From NCBI GenBank assembly GCA_025999155.1, contig AP026679.1, forward strand, positions 163,996 through 227,995: a DNA stretch of 64,000 nucleotides, read 5' to 3'. The notes under the pieces are model-generated. The model saw only the letters and a list, made by a program, of their open reading frames with translations, ran no database searches and was not told the origin of the DNA. The DNA comes from Candidatus Dojkabacteria bacterium. GTDB lineage: Bacteria; Patescibacteriota; Dojkabacteria; JAOAGR01. A program made the position numbers and the translations under genes. Positions 8,694-19,382 of this stretch are shown here, piece by piece (the stretch's first letter is position 1; the number at the start of each line of letters is the position of its first letter).

Positions 8694-10889
8694 TTACGTT
8701 TCTGTCACTATGGCCTTACCGTCCACAGCCCATATATCTTCATATGTCAGAATCAAAGGATTAATTTCAATTTCTGCAATTTCTGGAAAATTCAATACCA
8801 AATCACTAAGCCTCTCCATAACAATAAATAGCTTTCTAATCGGATAGGGTTTCATCCCTCTGAACCCCGTAAGCAATTTATAAACCTTTGAATTCTCGAC
8901 TAATTCAACAGCATTAAAACGATCTATAGGCAATAACTTTAAATTAATATCTTGCAAGATATCAGCCATTATGCCTCCCCCTCCAAACATCATAACATGT
9001 CCAAAACTTATATCTCTTTTAATACCTAGTATCAATTCAACACCATTCATGACCTGTTTTTGAATCTGTATGACCGCATGAAAACCATGCGTTTTCTCTA
9101 ATTTTGAAGCTAGATTTTTCAGCTTATTAAAAGCTATTTGTATCTGATCCTTATTATATAAACCAGTTTTGACGGCATGATATTCAGTTTTATGCATCAA
9201 ATGAGGCGAAATTAGTTTCAGAACAATAGGACTCCCATGTTCCTCTACAAAACCAAAGCAGTCTTCAATATCATTCACAGGCGATGATGGCGGATTTTTG
9301 ATACCGCATGCATCAAATATTCCATCTGTCAAAAAAGAATTCAATACACAACTTTTCGCATCTTCAATCCTAGAAGAGGCATCTTTTTTGCCTATTTCAA
9401 TCAAATCATTTACAGCATCAAAATTAATACTGGAAACATCTTGGTTTAATATACCAATACTTAGAGACTGTATTGCTAAAGATTTTTTCACGCTTCTCAA
9501 ACGCCATTGCCACATTTTTCCTAACGCTCGGATCGCACGTTCCGGATATCTAAAATTTGGTATCTTATGTAGATTCAAAATTTTTTCTGCTTCTACGATA
9601 TGAGATCCACCCATGAAAGAACACAAAATAGGTTTACGGTGTTGATTTGACAGTCGTGCTATGATTTCAGCTGTCAAATAGCCTTCCGTCATCACTTGAG
9701 GCGTAAGGATGACTATGGCTGCATAAACATCTTCTTGACTGAGTACCGCATCCAAAGCTTCAAAATAACGCATTGCCAAAGCATCTCCTAAGACATCTAT
9801 AGGATTGTGAATACTTGCTCCTATCGGCAAGGCTTTTTTGAGCCTTTGAAGTGTTTTATTATTTAATTCTGCAAGGTGCAATCCTTCTTTTTCTATAAAA
9901 TCGGTAGCAACAACAGCGGGCCCACCAGCATTAGAAATGATTACAACACCAGATCCTTCTGGAGGTTCCTCCCATGAAAAAGCTTTAGCTAGATCAAAGA
10001 AATCCTCTAATCCTTCGCATCTTATAATACCTGCATCTTTAAATGCAGCATCAAGTACATTATCTTCTCCTGCTAAAGAACCAGTGTGCGATTGCATAGC
10101 TTTTTTACCTATCTGGCTTTTTCCTGGTTTAAGAATGAAGATAGGATCGTGTAAAGATATCTGCGCAGCAATATTTATAAAACCAATCCCATCATCTATT
10201 GATTCCAAATAAATACCAATAGGTCTATTAGTGGATAAGTTTTGATCATTAGTAAAATTCCTTTTCTGTCCTTCCTCAAACCAATATGTCAACACATCTA
10301 CTTCACTTATGTTTGCTTTATTTCCTAAAGTTACAAAATGGCTAAACCCTAGATTTTGCGAGGCTGCGAAGTCAAAAAAACTTGTTGCTACAGCTCCAGA
10401 TTGAGATAAAAATCTGAGATTTCCATCGTGCTTGCTCACAGATCCAAAAGTTGCATTTAAATTACCCTCTACAGACACCACGCCTAAACAATTCGGGCCT
10501 ATAATGTGAATACCATACAACTCTGCAGTTTCTATTGCTCTTTGCTCCAATATTTTGCCTTCTTCACCGGATTCACGAAAACCAGCAGAAACAATAATCA
10601 CATGTTTCGTCCCCTTTCGACCGATTTGATGCATTACATCTATCACGAAACTTGCAGGAATAGCAATAACCGCAAGATCAGGTACTACAGGCAGTAGAGA
10701 ATAATCCGCAAAACACTTATACCCTAAGATTTCATGTACATTTGGATTTACTAAATAAATCTCGCCTTTAAAATTCCAATTCAACAAATTTTCAACAATA
10801 ATACGCCCTACTTTTTTGCTATCTCTGGAAGCTCCTATTATTGCAACGCTCTTTGGCGTAAAGAACTTGCTCAAATCTTTACTGTACAT
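8694..10889 (-). CDS. acetyl-CoA synthetase (ADP-forming), fused alpha/beta subunits, i.e. NDP-forming acyl-CoA synthetase
   Basis: 731 aa. N-terminal CoA-binding Rossmann motif SVAIIGASRDSKKVGR, a succinyl-CoA-synthetase-like flavodoxin domain and a C-terminal ATP-grasp domain. No GNAT domain is present. Confidence 0.7.
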   Translation of the reverse strand: MYSKDLSKFFTPKSVAIIGASRDSKKVGRIIVENLLNWNFKGEIYLVNPNVHEILGYKCFADYSLLPVVPDLAVIAIPASFVIDVMHQIGRKGTKHVIIVSAGFRESGEEGKILEQRAIETAELYGIHIIGPNCLGVVSVEGNLNATFGSVSKHDGNLRFLSQSGAVATSFFDFAASQNLGFSHFVTLGNKANISEVDVLTYWFEEGQKRNFTNDQNLSTNRPIGIYLESIDDGIGFINIAAQISLHDPIFILKPGKSQIGKKAMQSHTGSLAGEDNVLDAAFKDAGIIRCEGLEDFFDLAKAFSWEEPPEGSGVVIISNAGGPAVVATDFIEKEGLHLAELNNKTLQRLKKALPIGASIHNPIDVLGDALAMRYFEALDAVLSQEDVYAAIVILTPQVMTEGYLTAEIIARLSNQHRKPILCSFMGGSHIVEAEKILNLHKIPNFRYPERAIRALGKMWQWRLRSVKKSLAIQSLSIGILNQDVSSINFDAVNDLIEIGKKDASSRIEDAKSCVLNSFLTDGIFDACGIKNPPSSPVNDIEDCFGFVEEHGSPIVLKLISPHLMHKTEYHAVKTGLYNKDQIQIAFNKLKNLASKLEKTHGFHAVIQIQKQVMNGVELILGIKRDISFGHVMMFGGGGIMADILQDINLKLLPIDRFNAVELVENSKVYKLLTGFRGMKPYPIRKLFIVMERLSDLVLNFPEIAEIEINPLILTYEDIWAVDGKAIVTET

Positions 10890-11001
10890 CAGTACAGTTT
10901 AGAAATAGAAGTATGAAATAGCAATATGACAAAAAAGGTTTTAAACCCTATAGCATCATGCAATCGTAAACATAAATACAAAAATTTGAAATATCGAATA
11001 A

Positions 11002-12792
11002 GTGCTAAAATATCTTATGGAACTATTCGCTAACACTTGTGAATTATTAACAAAAGAATCAAGTACATTGAAAAAAATAGAAATCATTTCTCAAGCATTA
11101 AAACAAATAGAGGATGTACAAGATCTAGAGTTGTTTTGTCTCTATCTGACAGGATTGATTTACCCACTAAGTATTCAAAAAAATATTAACGTAGGAAAAG
11201 CACTCATTCGTGATGCTGCATGTCTGATTACTGGATTATCCAATCAAGAGTGGAGTAAAGTGTATCGTAAATTCGGGGAAATTGGCAAAACCGTAGAATA
11301 CATATTAGAAAACCTCAGTAAGAAAAAAGATACTCAAACCATATTGTTTAGTAGCTTAGAAGCACTACAGTTTGAATATAAGCCACGAGATTTCATTAGT
11401 TTGAGCGATATTAGTGTGTACATAGACAAATTATCAAATATTTCTGGCAATATTGCAAAAACCAACATTATTGCCGAACTTCTTAGTCTATTAAAACCTT
11501 TACATGCCAAATATGTAGTAAAACTACTTATTGGAAATCTGAGAATCGGAGTACAAGAATCAACAGTGGAAGCCGCAATTGCCAAAGCCTTTGATATAGA
11601 CAAAAACAAGGTGAGTGAATTGAATTTTTATTTAGGCAACATAGGGGAAGTAGCAGTAAGATGTAGAGAAAAACAGTTCGATCATATCAAATTTTCTTTA
11701 TTTCATCCTATCAAAGCTATGCTAGCATCTGCAGAATTAGATATTGAAGAAATTTTTCAACGTATGTATGAAAAACCTAAAAATATCGATCCACAAATAG
11801 TTGATGACATACAAAAAGAATTACTTGAAGGTGTATGGGTTGAATACAAATACGATGGTATAAGAGCACATATACATAAACAAGGCGATAGAGTCGAAAT
11901 TTTCACAAGAGACTTAAAACATATCACCGACCAGTTTCCCGAAATAGTACAGTTTTTTCGCGATATGAAATTAGAATCTCAAAACACAGATGTATCATTT
12001 TTATTGGATGGAGAAATAGTACCTTATAAGAATAATCAAATCTATCCATTTGCTTATATACAAAGAAGACTGGGACGTAAAGAAAACTTAAATGATGAAG
12101 TAATAAATAACCCCACCGCGTTTATCGCGTATGATTTATTGTATTTAAACGGCAATACACTCTTTGAAATACCATTATTTAAACGCAGGAATTTACTGGA
12201 AAAATACTTTGCCAATACTGGCATGCTGTTTTCGACACAAAAAATTGTAAAAGGTAAAAATGAATTCATCGAATTTTTTCGACAATCAAAACGTGAAGGT
12301 AGAGAAGGCGTAATGGTCAAACATATCTTTTCTCGATATGAATCAGGTAAAAGAGGATTAATGTGGCTTAAATATAAACAAACACTCGAACCTCTAGATG
12401 TAGTGGTTTTAGAGGCTGAATACGGAGAAGGTAAAAATGCTAAATATCTTTCTAGCTTTACATTTGGGGTATGGGATCAAAATAAAGCTACTTTGCTACC
12501 TATAGGAAAGGTATCATCAGGAGCCAGTGAAGATGAATTAGAATATTTCACTAAGTATTTACCTAAAATAGCTGTAGAAGAGTTACCTAATGGATATAAA
12601 GTCCGACCGGAGGTAATTCTAGAAGTAGGTTTTGAAAATATACAAATTTCTAATCGCTATGCTTCGGGATTTGCTGTTAGATTCCCCAGAATACTAAGGA
12701 TAAGAACAGGCGATAAACCACTGGATGAAATCAACACCATAGAAGATGTACGAAAAATATATGAACAAATAAAGGGTCTTACGACAAAATAA
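11002..12792 (+). CDS. ATP-dependent DNA ligase
   Basis: 596 aa. Motif I is the adenylation lysine EYKYDGIRA (KxDG). An N-terminal DNA-binding domain, nucleotidyltransferase domain and OB domain follow, in a Lig1/archaeal-type layout. Confidence 0.8.
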   Translation: MLKYLMELFANTCELLTKESSTLKKIEIISQALKQIEDVQDLELFCLYLTGLIYPLSIQKNINVGKALIRDAACLITGLSNQEWSKVYRKFGEIGKTVEYILENLSKKKDTQTILFSSLEALQFEYKPRDFISLSDISVYIDKLSNISGNIAKTNIIAELLSLLKPLHAKYVVKLLIGNLRIGVQESTVEAAIAKAFDIDKNKVSELNFYLGNIGEVAVRCREKQFDHIKFSLFHPIKAMLASAELDIEEIFQRMYEKPKNIDPQIVDDIQKELLEGVWVEYKYDGIRAHIHKQGDRVEIFTRDLKHITDQFPEIVQFFRDMKLESQNTDVSFLLDGEIVPYKNNQIYPFAYIQRRLGRKENLNDEVINNPTAFIAYDLLYLNGNTLFEIPLFKRRNLLEKYFANTGMLFSTQKIVKGKNEFIEFFRQSKREGREGVMVKHIFSRYESGKRGLMWLKYKQTLEPLDVVVLEAEYGEGKNAKYLSSFTFGVWDQNKATLLPIGKVSSGASEDELEYFTKYLPKIAVEELPNGYKVRPEVILEVGFENIQISNRYASGFAVRFPRILRIRTGDKPLDEINTIEDVRKIYEQIKGLTTK

Positions 12793-13450
12793 TTTCCTTA
12801 AAAGATTTAATAGTACTTATTTGTTCTCCAAACTTCCGTACCTGGTCCTCAAAGTCGTACTTAGTAAGCCCAATTACCTTGATTCCAGCCTTTTGTAACG
12901 CAATAATCCCTGCCTCATCATTTTCAAACCCTATACATTCACTAGGATCCAATTGTAGAGATTGTAAAGCAAGCAAGTAACATTCAGGATCAGGCTTAGG
13001 ATTCTTCACCATTTCTCTTGAGATAATACAATCCCAGCGATGTTGTAGTCCTGCCATACCTAAAACCATCAAAATCTTATCATAGCTACCTCGACTAACT
13101 ACTGCTGTTTTAATACCTAAGTTCGCCAATTGTACTAATAAATCTTCTATACCTGCTCCCAGTTTTACTCCGTATTTTTTCAAGAGTTGCGTAAAAACGA
13201 ATCTTTTCCGTAGTATTAAATCATCTATTAATTCCATATCACCCGCATTCTTCTCAAGTATTTGCTTAAACACTACATCCACAGGAAGGCCTAAAAAGTA
13301 CCGAATATGATTTTCAAAAGTAACGTAATCTAAATTAAACCGTTTCAATGCCTTTTGGTAGGATAAAAAATGAAGTTCGTCAGTATCAATAATCGTACCA
13401 TCAAAATCAAAAATAAAAGCTTTATAATCATCACGGCTAATCGTAACCAT
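12779..13450 (-). CDS. HAD-superfamily hydrolase, subfamily IA (phosphatase or beta-phosphoglucomutase-like)
   Basis: HAD motif I FDFDGTIIDTD near the N-terminus. 223 aa. Confidence 0.6.
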   Translation of the reverse strand: MVTISRDDYKAFIFDFDGTIIDTDELHFLSYQKALKRFNLDYVTFENHIRYFLGLPVDVVFKQILEKNAGDMELIDDLILRKRFVFTQLLKKYGVKLGAGIEDLLVQLANLGIKTAVVSRGSYDKILMVLGMAGLQHRWDCIISREMVKNPKPDPECYLLALQSLQLDPSECIGFENDEAGIIALQKAGIKVIGLTKYDFEDQVRKFGEQISTIKSFKEIILS

Positions 13451-13547
13451 TTACTTCCATCATAAAACTTTAAACCGTTGAAATCAAAAACCAAATGTCC
13501 AGGTATTCACAATAAACTAAACAGCAGTAAGTTAATACACGTTTTTA

Positions 13548-14114
13548 TTAACTTATTTCCAATCTCTGGTCGGCTTGCATAGCTTCAATTAGATTATTTG
13601 CATGAGTCAATATATCAAGCCCAATCTCTATCAAACCTGTCTCTATATCTTCACGACTCACATTGCGAGCAAAGGCTTTTTCTTTTAATTTTTTAGCAAC
13701 ACCATGGCCATGGATATCTTTTAGTCGGCCTGGCTTCATCAAAGCATAAGCAACAATAAAGCCAGATAATTCATCACAAGCAAAAAGATACTTTGCCATC
13801 AACGATTGACGCTGCACATTCGTACGCGATGGATATACATGACCTAAAATAGCATCTATAATCTCTTGACTCACTCCTGCCTCTTGTAAAATCGGAACTG
13901 CACTAAGCGGATGAGTATCAGGATATAATTCCCAATCGATGTCGTGTAACAGACCGACGATAGCCCAGTCAATCTCATTTTGATTAAGTTTACGCGCGTA
14001 AAACCTCATGCAGGATTCTACAGCATAACAGTGCTTGCGTAGATTGTGATTTTGGATATATTTTTCTAAAAGTTTATGAGCTTGCTCGTAAGTGAACATG
14101 GTCAATTTTAGCAT
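13548..14114 (-). CDS. HD-domain phosphohydrolase
   Basis: 188 aa with an H..HD metal-binding motif (LLHDID) and a later D residue, typical of the HD superfamily. Confidence 0.55.
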   Translation of the reverse strand: MLKLTMFTYEQAHKLLEKYIQNHNLRKHCYAVESCMRFYARKLNQNEIDWAIVGLLHDIDWELYPDTHPLSAVPILQEAGVSQEIIDAILGHVYPSRTNVQRQSLMAKYLFACDELSGFIVAYALMKPGRLKDIHGHGVAKKLKEKAFARNVSREDIETGLIEIGLDILTHANNLIEAMQADQRLEIS

Positions 14115-14228
14115 GTTAAAGATTACATATTTACTAACTAAAAATCCTTTAAAAGATAAAATAAAAAGGATACCTAATTATGTAATTTAGGTATCCCGTA
14201 ATTTAAATAATCATTCAAATCAGAAATC

Positions 14229-14972
14229 TTACATAGAGAGACTATAATCAACCAATTGAGCATAAGGCCTCCATGCATCTTTTTCAGCAGGTGTCAGATC
14301 ACGAGATTTAGCGACCCATTCTTCTACCATTTCCCGACTTATCGCTACTGTTTCTCCGATCATCAGATACCTTGGACCAATCGCCTGCACGATATTCGTT
14401 TCTGCAAATATTTTCTGTTCATCATCTATCTGTATATTTTGTTTTTGTAGATAGTTCAACATAGCTTTTCTGACAAGAACGTGTAGTGAGTCTTCACTTT
14501 CTGCTACATACACGTACTGAATATTATTGCTAACAGAAGGATTCAATGGACTAGCACTGTCATCGTTACTCGTATTATTATTTGTTTGTCCTTCACTTAA
14601 ATCACTAGTATTCTGCTGATTATCCATACTATTCTGACTTTGTTGATCATTTGATGTCGGAGTCGGAGAAACAGTACTATTAGAAACGCTTGCCGAATTT
14701 TCTTCACCACCATCTGAATTAGCAGAAGATCCTGAACTTCCATCCTGCGTAGAAGAGCTCGTATCTGAACCTTGTGATGTCCCTTGCATAGGCTTTGTAT
14801 ACACATAAAAGCCTACCCCTAAAATAATAATCAATAGCACACCAACAACAAATGCTACCGTCATTATGACTCTCTTATTATTAGTAGATTGTGTTGGATT
14901 ATTTGGTGTATCGTTGTTAGTATGAGCCTGTTCTTCGGCTGGCGCTTTTTGTTTCATTTGCTTTGCTGACAT
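14229..14972 (-). CDS. membrane-anchored protein with a low-complexity S/T/N/Q-rich extracytoplasmic region and a C-terminal globular domain
   Basis: Short N-terminal cytoplasmic segment, one TM helix (VAFVVGVLLIIILGVGFYVY), about 90 aa of Ser/Thr/Asn/Gln-rich sequence, then a non-repetitive C-terminal domain of about 110 aa. Confidence 0.45.
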   Translation of the reverse strand: MSAKQMKQKAPAEEQAHTNNDTPNNPTQSTNNKRVIMTVAFVVGVLLIIILGVGFYVYTKPMQGTSQGSDTSSSTQDGSSGSSANSDGGEENSASVSNSTVSPTPTSNDQQSQNSMDNQQNTSDLSEGQTNNNTSNDDSASPLNPSVSNNIQYVYVAESEDSLHVLVRKAMLNYLQKQNIQIDDEQKIFAETNIVQAIGPRYLMIGETVAISREMVEEWVAKSRDLTPAEKDAWRPYAQLVDYSLSM

Positions 14973-15172
14973 AGCTATGTAAGTATAAAAAATTTTCTAA
15001 AAATTTCCAGACTGCTAATGGGTTTGCTACAGTCTCATGAAAAATATTTATCAGCATCAAATTCGCAATTAGACAATCTGACATGACATGACAAAATATA
15101 CTACATACAAACTAATAAAACATAGCAAAAGTTTTTGCAGGAACAACAGGCAAGTCTAAACACAATCACAAG

Positions 15173-15256
15173 TGGTGCCGAAGGGGGGACTTGAACCCCC
15201 ACCCCTTACGGGACCTGCTCCTAAGACAGGCGTGTCTACCATTCCACCACCTCGGC
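15173..15256 (-). tRNA. tRNA-Leu (anticodon UAG), class II
   Basis: The reverse complement folds with acceptor GCCGAGG/CTTCGGC, anticodon loop CTTAGGA (anticodon TAG), a long variable arm, T-arm GGGGG-TTCAAGT-CCCCC and an encoded CCA. Its 5' half is near-identical to the tRNA-Leu at 4099. Confidence 0.8.
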
Positions 15257-15378
15257 ATTTACAAATCAGGGTTTATTAACCATCAACTGTATAATTATGG
15301 GCATTTTACATCAAATTGATTTAAACTCAAAACATTTTATTTATGTACAAGTCTCTTTCAGACTGATAAAATTGCGAC

Positions 15379-16245
15379 ATGCGGGTTTGTATAATTGGAA
15401 AAAGTAAATCTAATGTCTCATTAGAAATCAAGATTGCTCTTGAGGAACGAGGACATGTTTGTAAAAGACTACAAGTAGTAGATATCTATTTCTCATCCAT
15501 AGTTAATCAATTTAAAGCCTTGCATCGTCGTGTAGATCTCGATCAATTTGATATTTTTATATTTAGGAATATTACTCATGGGGATAGAGAATATGTATTT
15601 ACTCTTGCAAATTACCTTGCATCACTTAATAAAATTGTATTCGACGGATTTCTGAAAAAATATATTGAAAACAATATCAACATCTTATTTCTACTATCTC
15701 AACATAATATTCCAACGGTACAATCTATTTTTACATTAGGACGTAAAACTGCACGAGATATTCTGATTGATTTGCCACATCCCATATTAATAAAGCAAGA
15801 CAACTCTGATACTAAGAACTATATCATGTCAGATGAATGGACAGATAGCTACGACGCAGTACGTACAAATACATATAAAAAATTCGAATTCCAAGAATAT
15901 GTCAATACACGAACGCTTTATCGTGTACACATGATAGGCGAACACGTAATTGGTGGTCTAAAAAGACAAATCTTAGATAAAGATAATAAACTTAGCTTTT
16001 CAAATAAATTTAAGAGTACATTTTTTCGAGTAGAAGATCACCTTGCAGATTTATCCAAAAAAGTTTCTCAAGCCTTAGACTTTGCTTTTTTTCACATAGA
16101 CTTTGTAGAAATCAATGGACAATTTTATGTATTTAATGTTAAACGATCCACAGACTTTCGTCTTTTTTCAAAACTCTCAGGAATCAATTATTGTCAAAAA
16201 CTAGTAGAGTTTTTAGAGAAAACTTATCAAAATCGATATCAATAG
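15379..16245 (+). CDS. hypothetical protein, possibly a divergent RimK/GshB-like ATP-grasp enzyme
   Basis: 288 aa. A pre-ATP-grasp-like N-terminus (MRVCIIGKS), a central PHPILIKQDNSDTKNYIM stretch and a C-terminal FFHIDFVEINGQFYVFNVKRS that resembles the ATP-grasp C-terminal strand. The motifs are weak. Confidence 0.35.
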   Translation: MRVCIIGKSKSNVSLEIKIALEERGHVCKRLQVVDIYFSSIVNQFKALHRRVDLDQFDIFIFRNITHGDREYVFTLANYLASLNKIVFDGFLKKYIENNINILFLLSQHNIPTVQSIFTLGRKTARDILIDLPHPILIKQDNSDTKNYIMSDEWTDSYDAVRTNTYKKFEFQEYVNTRTLYRVHMIGEHVIGGLKRQILDKDNKLSFSNKFKSTFFRVEDHLADLSKKVSQALDFAFFHIDFVEINGQFYVFNVKRSTDFRLFSKLSGINYCQKLVEFLEKTYQNRYQ

Positions 16246-16922
16246 TCTTTGATAAAGACTGAATCTGTAATCAAGTGCATTATTTCATTACGATATGGTA
16301 AATTTTCGTACAGCTGTACAAATAATTGGTAAATACGATATTTATGAAAGAAAAATACCTGTCTTATAAGATATTTTTTTAAGTCAATTTCAACTTCATA
16401 ATTTAAAACACATGCATCATAATTTCCAACCTTTTGCATACTTTTATCGATAAGTTGCGTATTCCGATACAAATCTGTCCTTTTCAAAGCATCGTAAACA
16501 CTGACACCAAACTCATCGCATAATACCGGTGTCAATCTCCCTAATGAATTCGGATAAGGACGTAGATAAGCATTTGAACCAGATAAAACATCTCCATAGG
16601 CTTCTAAAGCATTATCGATGACAACCCATTCAGATGGAACAAAAAAATATACCTGTGACCCGTCATTGGAGTTTTTTTCGACTTTTTTAAAGCCTGCCTC
16701 TTTATAACGTTCTATATTGACTTCATTTAAAATATTTGGAAATAATTCCCTAGTGCGAAAGACAAATAGATAATAATAAACAGTAAAACTAATAACTGCT
16801 AACAGCACAATGACAAAAAAATAATGTATGGCTACTGAATAGTATTGTCTAAAGTTTAGCATATATACAAAGGATAACAGATACGTATTAATATCTCTAT
16901 AGTACATGATATACTCGACCAA
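16239..16922 (-). CDS. hypothetical membrane-anchored protein
   Basis: 227 aa. N-terminal TM helix followed by a soluble domain. Its 3' end overlaps the convergent gene at 15379-16245. Confidence 0.4.
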   Translation of the reverse strand: MVEYIMYYRDINTYLLSFVYMLNFRQYYSVAIHYFFVIVLLAVISFTVYYYLFVFRTRELFPNILNEVNIERYKEAGFKKVEKNSNDGSQVYFFVPSEWVVIDNALEAYGDVLSGSNAYLRPYPNSLGRLTPVLCDEFGVSVYDALKRTDLYRNTQLIDKSMQKVGNYDACVLNYEVEIDLKKYLIRQVFFFHKYRIYQLFVQLYENLPYRNEIMHLITDSVFIKDY

Positions 16923-17033
16923 GAAAAAACATCATTCAATCATGTACATGATGGGTGATTAGCTACGAGTATGAGTATATAGAATTTAATATATAAAAAT
17001 AAATTAATAACTTTTAGAATCATTGTCTCAAAA

Positions 17034-19244
17034 GTGAGCAAAATAGAGAAAAAAACATTCAAACTTGTATCAGATTTCAAACCAACAGGGGACCAACCTC
17101 AAGCGATTGATAAGCTAACAGAAGGAATTGAAAAAGGAATGGGCCACCAAACACTGCTGGGAGCTACTGGTACTGGCAAAACTTTCACAATGGCAAACAT
17201 TATTGCCAGAGTACAAAAACCGACACTCGTTTTAGCTCATAACAAGACTCTAGCAGCACAATTAGCGGCAGAATTTCGTAAATTTTTCCCTGAAAACGCA
17301 GTAAGATATTTTGTCAGTTATTATGACTATTATCAACCTGAAGCTTATCTACCATCCACAGATACCTACATAGAAAAAGAAGCACAAATAAACGAAGAAA
17401 TTGAAAAATATAGAAATGCAGCGACCCAAAGTCTATTAACACGTAGCGACGTACTGATTGTGGCATCAGTATCCTGTATATATGGGCTAGGAAATCCAGA
17501 AAACTACGAGGCTTTGGCTGTAGAAATATACAAAGGCATGCAAATTCAAAGAAATTCTTTGCTTCGTAAATTTGTCGATATGCAATACGTTCGAAACGAC
17601 ACGGCATTTACCCGCGGATCGTTTAGAGTAAAAGGAGATGTTATAGACATATTCCCGTCTTATGAAGATAAAATTATAAGAATCGAATTTTTCGGAGACG
17701 AAATAGATAACATCAAAATTATCGAGCCAGTGACAGGGCAATATTTTGGAGACCTAGAAGAAATCATAATCTTTCCATCAAAGCAATATGTAACACCAGC
17801 CGAAATACTTAAAATACGTATTCCTAAAATAAGAGAAGAATTAGAAAGAAGAGTAAAAGAGCTCAAAGCACAAGGTAAAGATTTCGAAGCACAAAGACTA
17901 ATTCAAAGGACAAATTATGATCTAGAAATTCTTGAAGAAGTGGGCTATTGTAACGGTATCGAAAATTACGCTCCAATACTTGAAGGAAGAGAACCAGGCG
18001 AACCAGGTTCATGCCTATTAGACTATTTCCCCAAGGATTATTTAATGTTTATAGATGAAAGTCACATAACAATACCACAAATCCGTGGAATGTATTATGG
18101 TGATCGATCACGTAAACAAACTTTGGTTGATTATGGATTTCGCCTGCCATCAGCATTAGATAACCGACCTCTAAATTTCCGCGAATTTAATCAAAGAATA
18201 AATCAAGTTATATATGTATCGGCGACTCCTCAAGAATATGAATTAATTAACTCTATACAGCAAGCACAAATAGCCTATCGAAGGCCCGACCCTAAAATAT
18301 CTGAAATACTTCACAATATCGAAAAATCACATATTAAATACTTTCGTGACAATGTAGTGGCAGAAGAAAAAAACCGAAAATCTAAGACCAATCCATCGCA
18401 AATAAAGCTCTATAACAAAATTATAACTCAGTTGACCTATGATGATTACTACAAAACAGGGATAGCACAACAAATTATTAGACCAACTGGATTGCTTGAT
18501 CCAATAATTGAAGTTAGACCTCTGCTGGGGCAAGTAAAAGATTTAGAAAACGAAATTCGTATGAGAATCGAAAAAAATGAAAGAGTACTCGTTACGACTC
18601 TTACTAAAAGAATGGCTGAAGAACTGACGAGTTATCTTATAGAAAAGGGGTTTAAAGTTCAATATTTACACAGCGATATAGAAACTATAGAAAGAGTTGA
18701 GATTCTAAAAGCGTTGAGATTAGGTGTATACGATGTCGTTATTGGTATTAACTTATTACGTGAAGGTTTAGATTTACCTGAAGTATCTCTTGTCGCAATT
18801 TTAGATGCTGATAAAGAGGGATTTTTAAGGAATCAAACTTCATTGATCCAAACCATAGGTCGTGCAGCAAGACATGTAAATGGTAAAGTAATAATGTATG
18901 CTGACTACATTACCGAATCAATGAGGTTAGCAATAGAAGAAACTCAACGAAGGCGGAAAATTCAAGAACAATATAACAAGAGGCACAACATTATTCCCAC
19001 ACCAATAAAAAAGGAAATAGAAGACCAGCTCGTTCGTTCTAAAGAAAGGGAAATAGCAGCAAAAGAAGTCAAAAATGACAAACAAAAAATCATAGGCAAC
19101 ATCAATATCAAAGAAATAAAAGCTTTAATAGACGAGTATAAGCAGAAAATGGAAGCAGCAGCTGAGGAACTAGAATTCTACAAAGCAGCGGAATATAGAG
19201 ATGCAATTATTGAATTAGAAAAATTATTGAAAAGCCAAAGTTAA
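17034..19244 (+). CDS. uvrB: excinuclease ABC subunit B
   Basis: 736 aa. Walker [17 protein letters not shown], helicase motifs and a C-terminal UVR domain ([19 protein letters not shown]). Confidence 0.9.
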   Translation: MSKIEKKTFKLVSDFKPTGDQPQAIDKLTEGIEKGMGHQTLLGATGTGKTFTMANIIARVQKPTLVLAHNKTLAAQLAAEFRKFFPENAVRYFVSYYDYYQPEAYLPSTDTYIEKEAQINEEIEKYRNAATQSLLTRSDVLIVASVSCIYGLGNPENYEALAVEIYKGMQIQRNSLLRKFVDMQYVRNDTAFTRGSFRVKGDVIDIFPSYEDKIIRIEFFGDEIDNIKIIEPVTGQYFGDLEEIIIFPSKQYVTPAEILKIRIPKIREELERRVKELKAQGKDFEAQRLIQRTNYDLEILEEVGYCNGIENYAPILEGREPGEPGSCLLDYFPKDYLMFIDESHITIPQIRGMYYGDRSRKQTLVDYGFRLPSALDNRPLNFREFNQRINQVIYVSATPQEYELINSIQQAQIAYRRPDPKISEILHNIEKSHIKYFRDNVVAEEKNRKSKTNPSQIKLYNKIITQLTYDDYYKTGIAQQIIRPTGLLDPIIEVRPLLGQVKDLENEIRMRIEKNERVLVTTLTKRMAEELTSYLIEKGFKVQYLHSDIETIERVEILKALRLGVYDVVIGINLLREGLDLPEVSLVAILDADKEGFLRNQTSLIQTIGRAARHVNGKVIMYADYITESMRLAIEETQRRRKIQEQYNKRHNIIPTPIKKEIEDQLVRSKEREIAAKEVKNDKQKIIGNINIKEIKALIDEYKQKMEAAAEELEFYKAAEYRDAIIELEKLLKSQS

Positions 19245-19382
19245 TTTAGATAATTAAAAACCTGACATATAAGTATATTTAGCAATATATGCATTTTCTG
19301 TGAAAAATTTCTATAATTGTCTGGTTTCGTTGCCGAGTCTGTTGATGTACAGATAAGGAATTACATAACATAGCAAGCTTAC

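Noticed and set aside
17314-17866. Minus-strand ORFs inside uvrB (17314-17607, 17487-17741, 17660-17866).
   Set aside because: They are antisense to a highly conserved gene and have no motifs.
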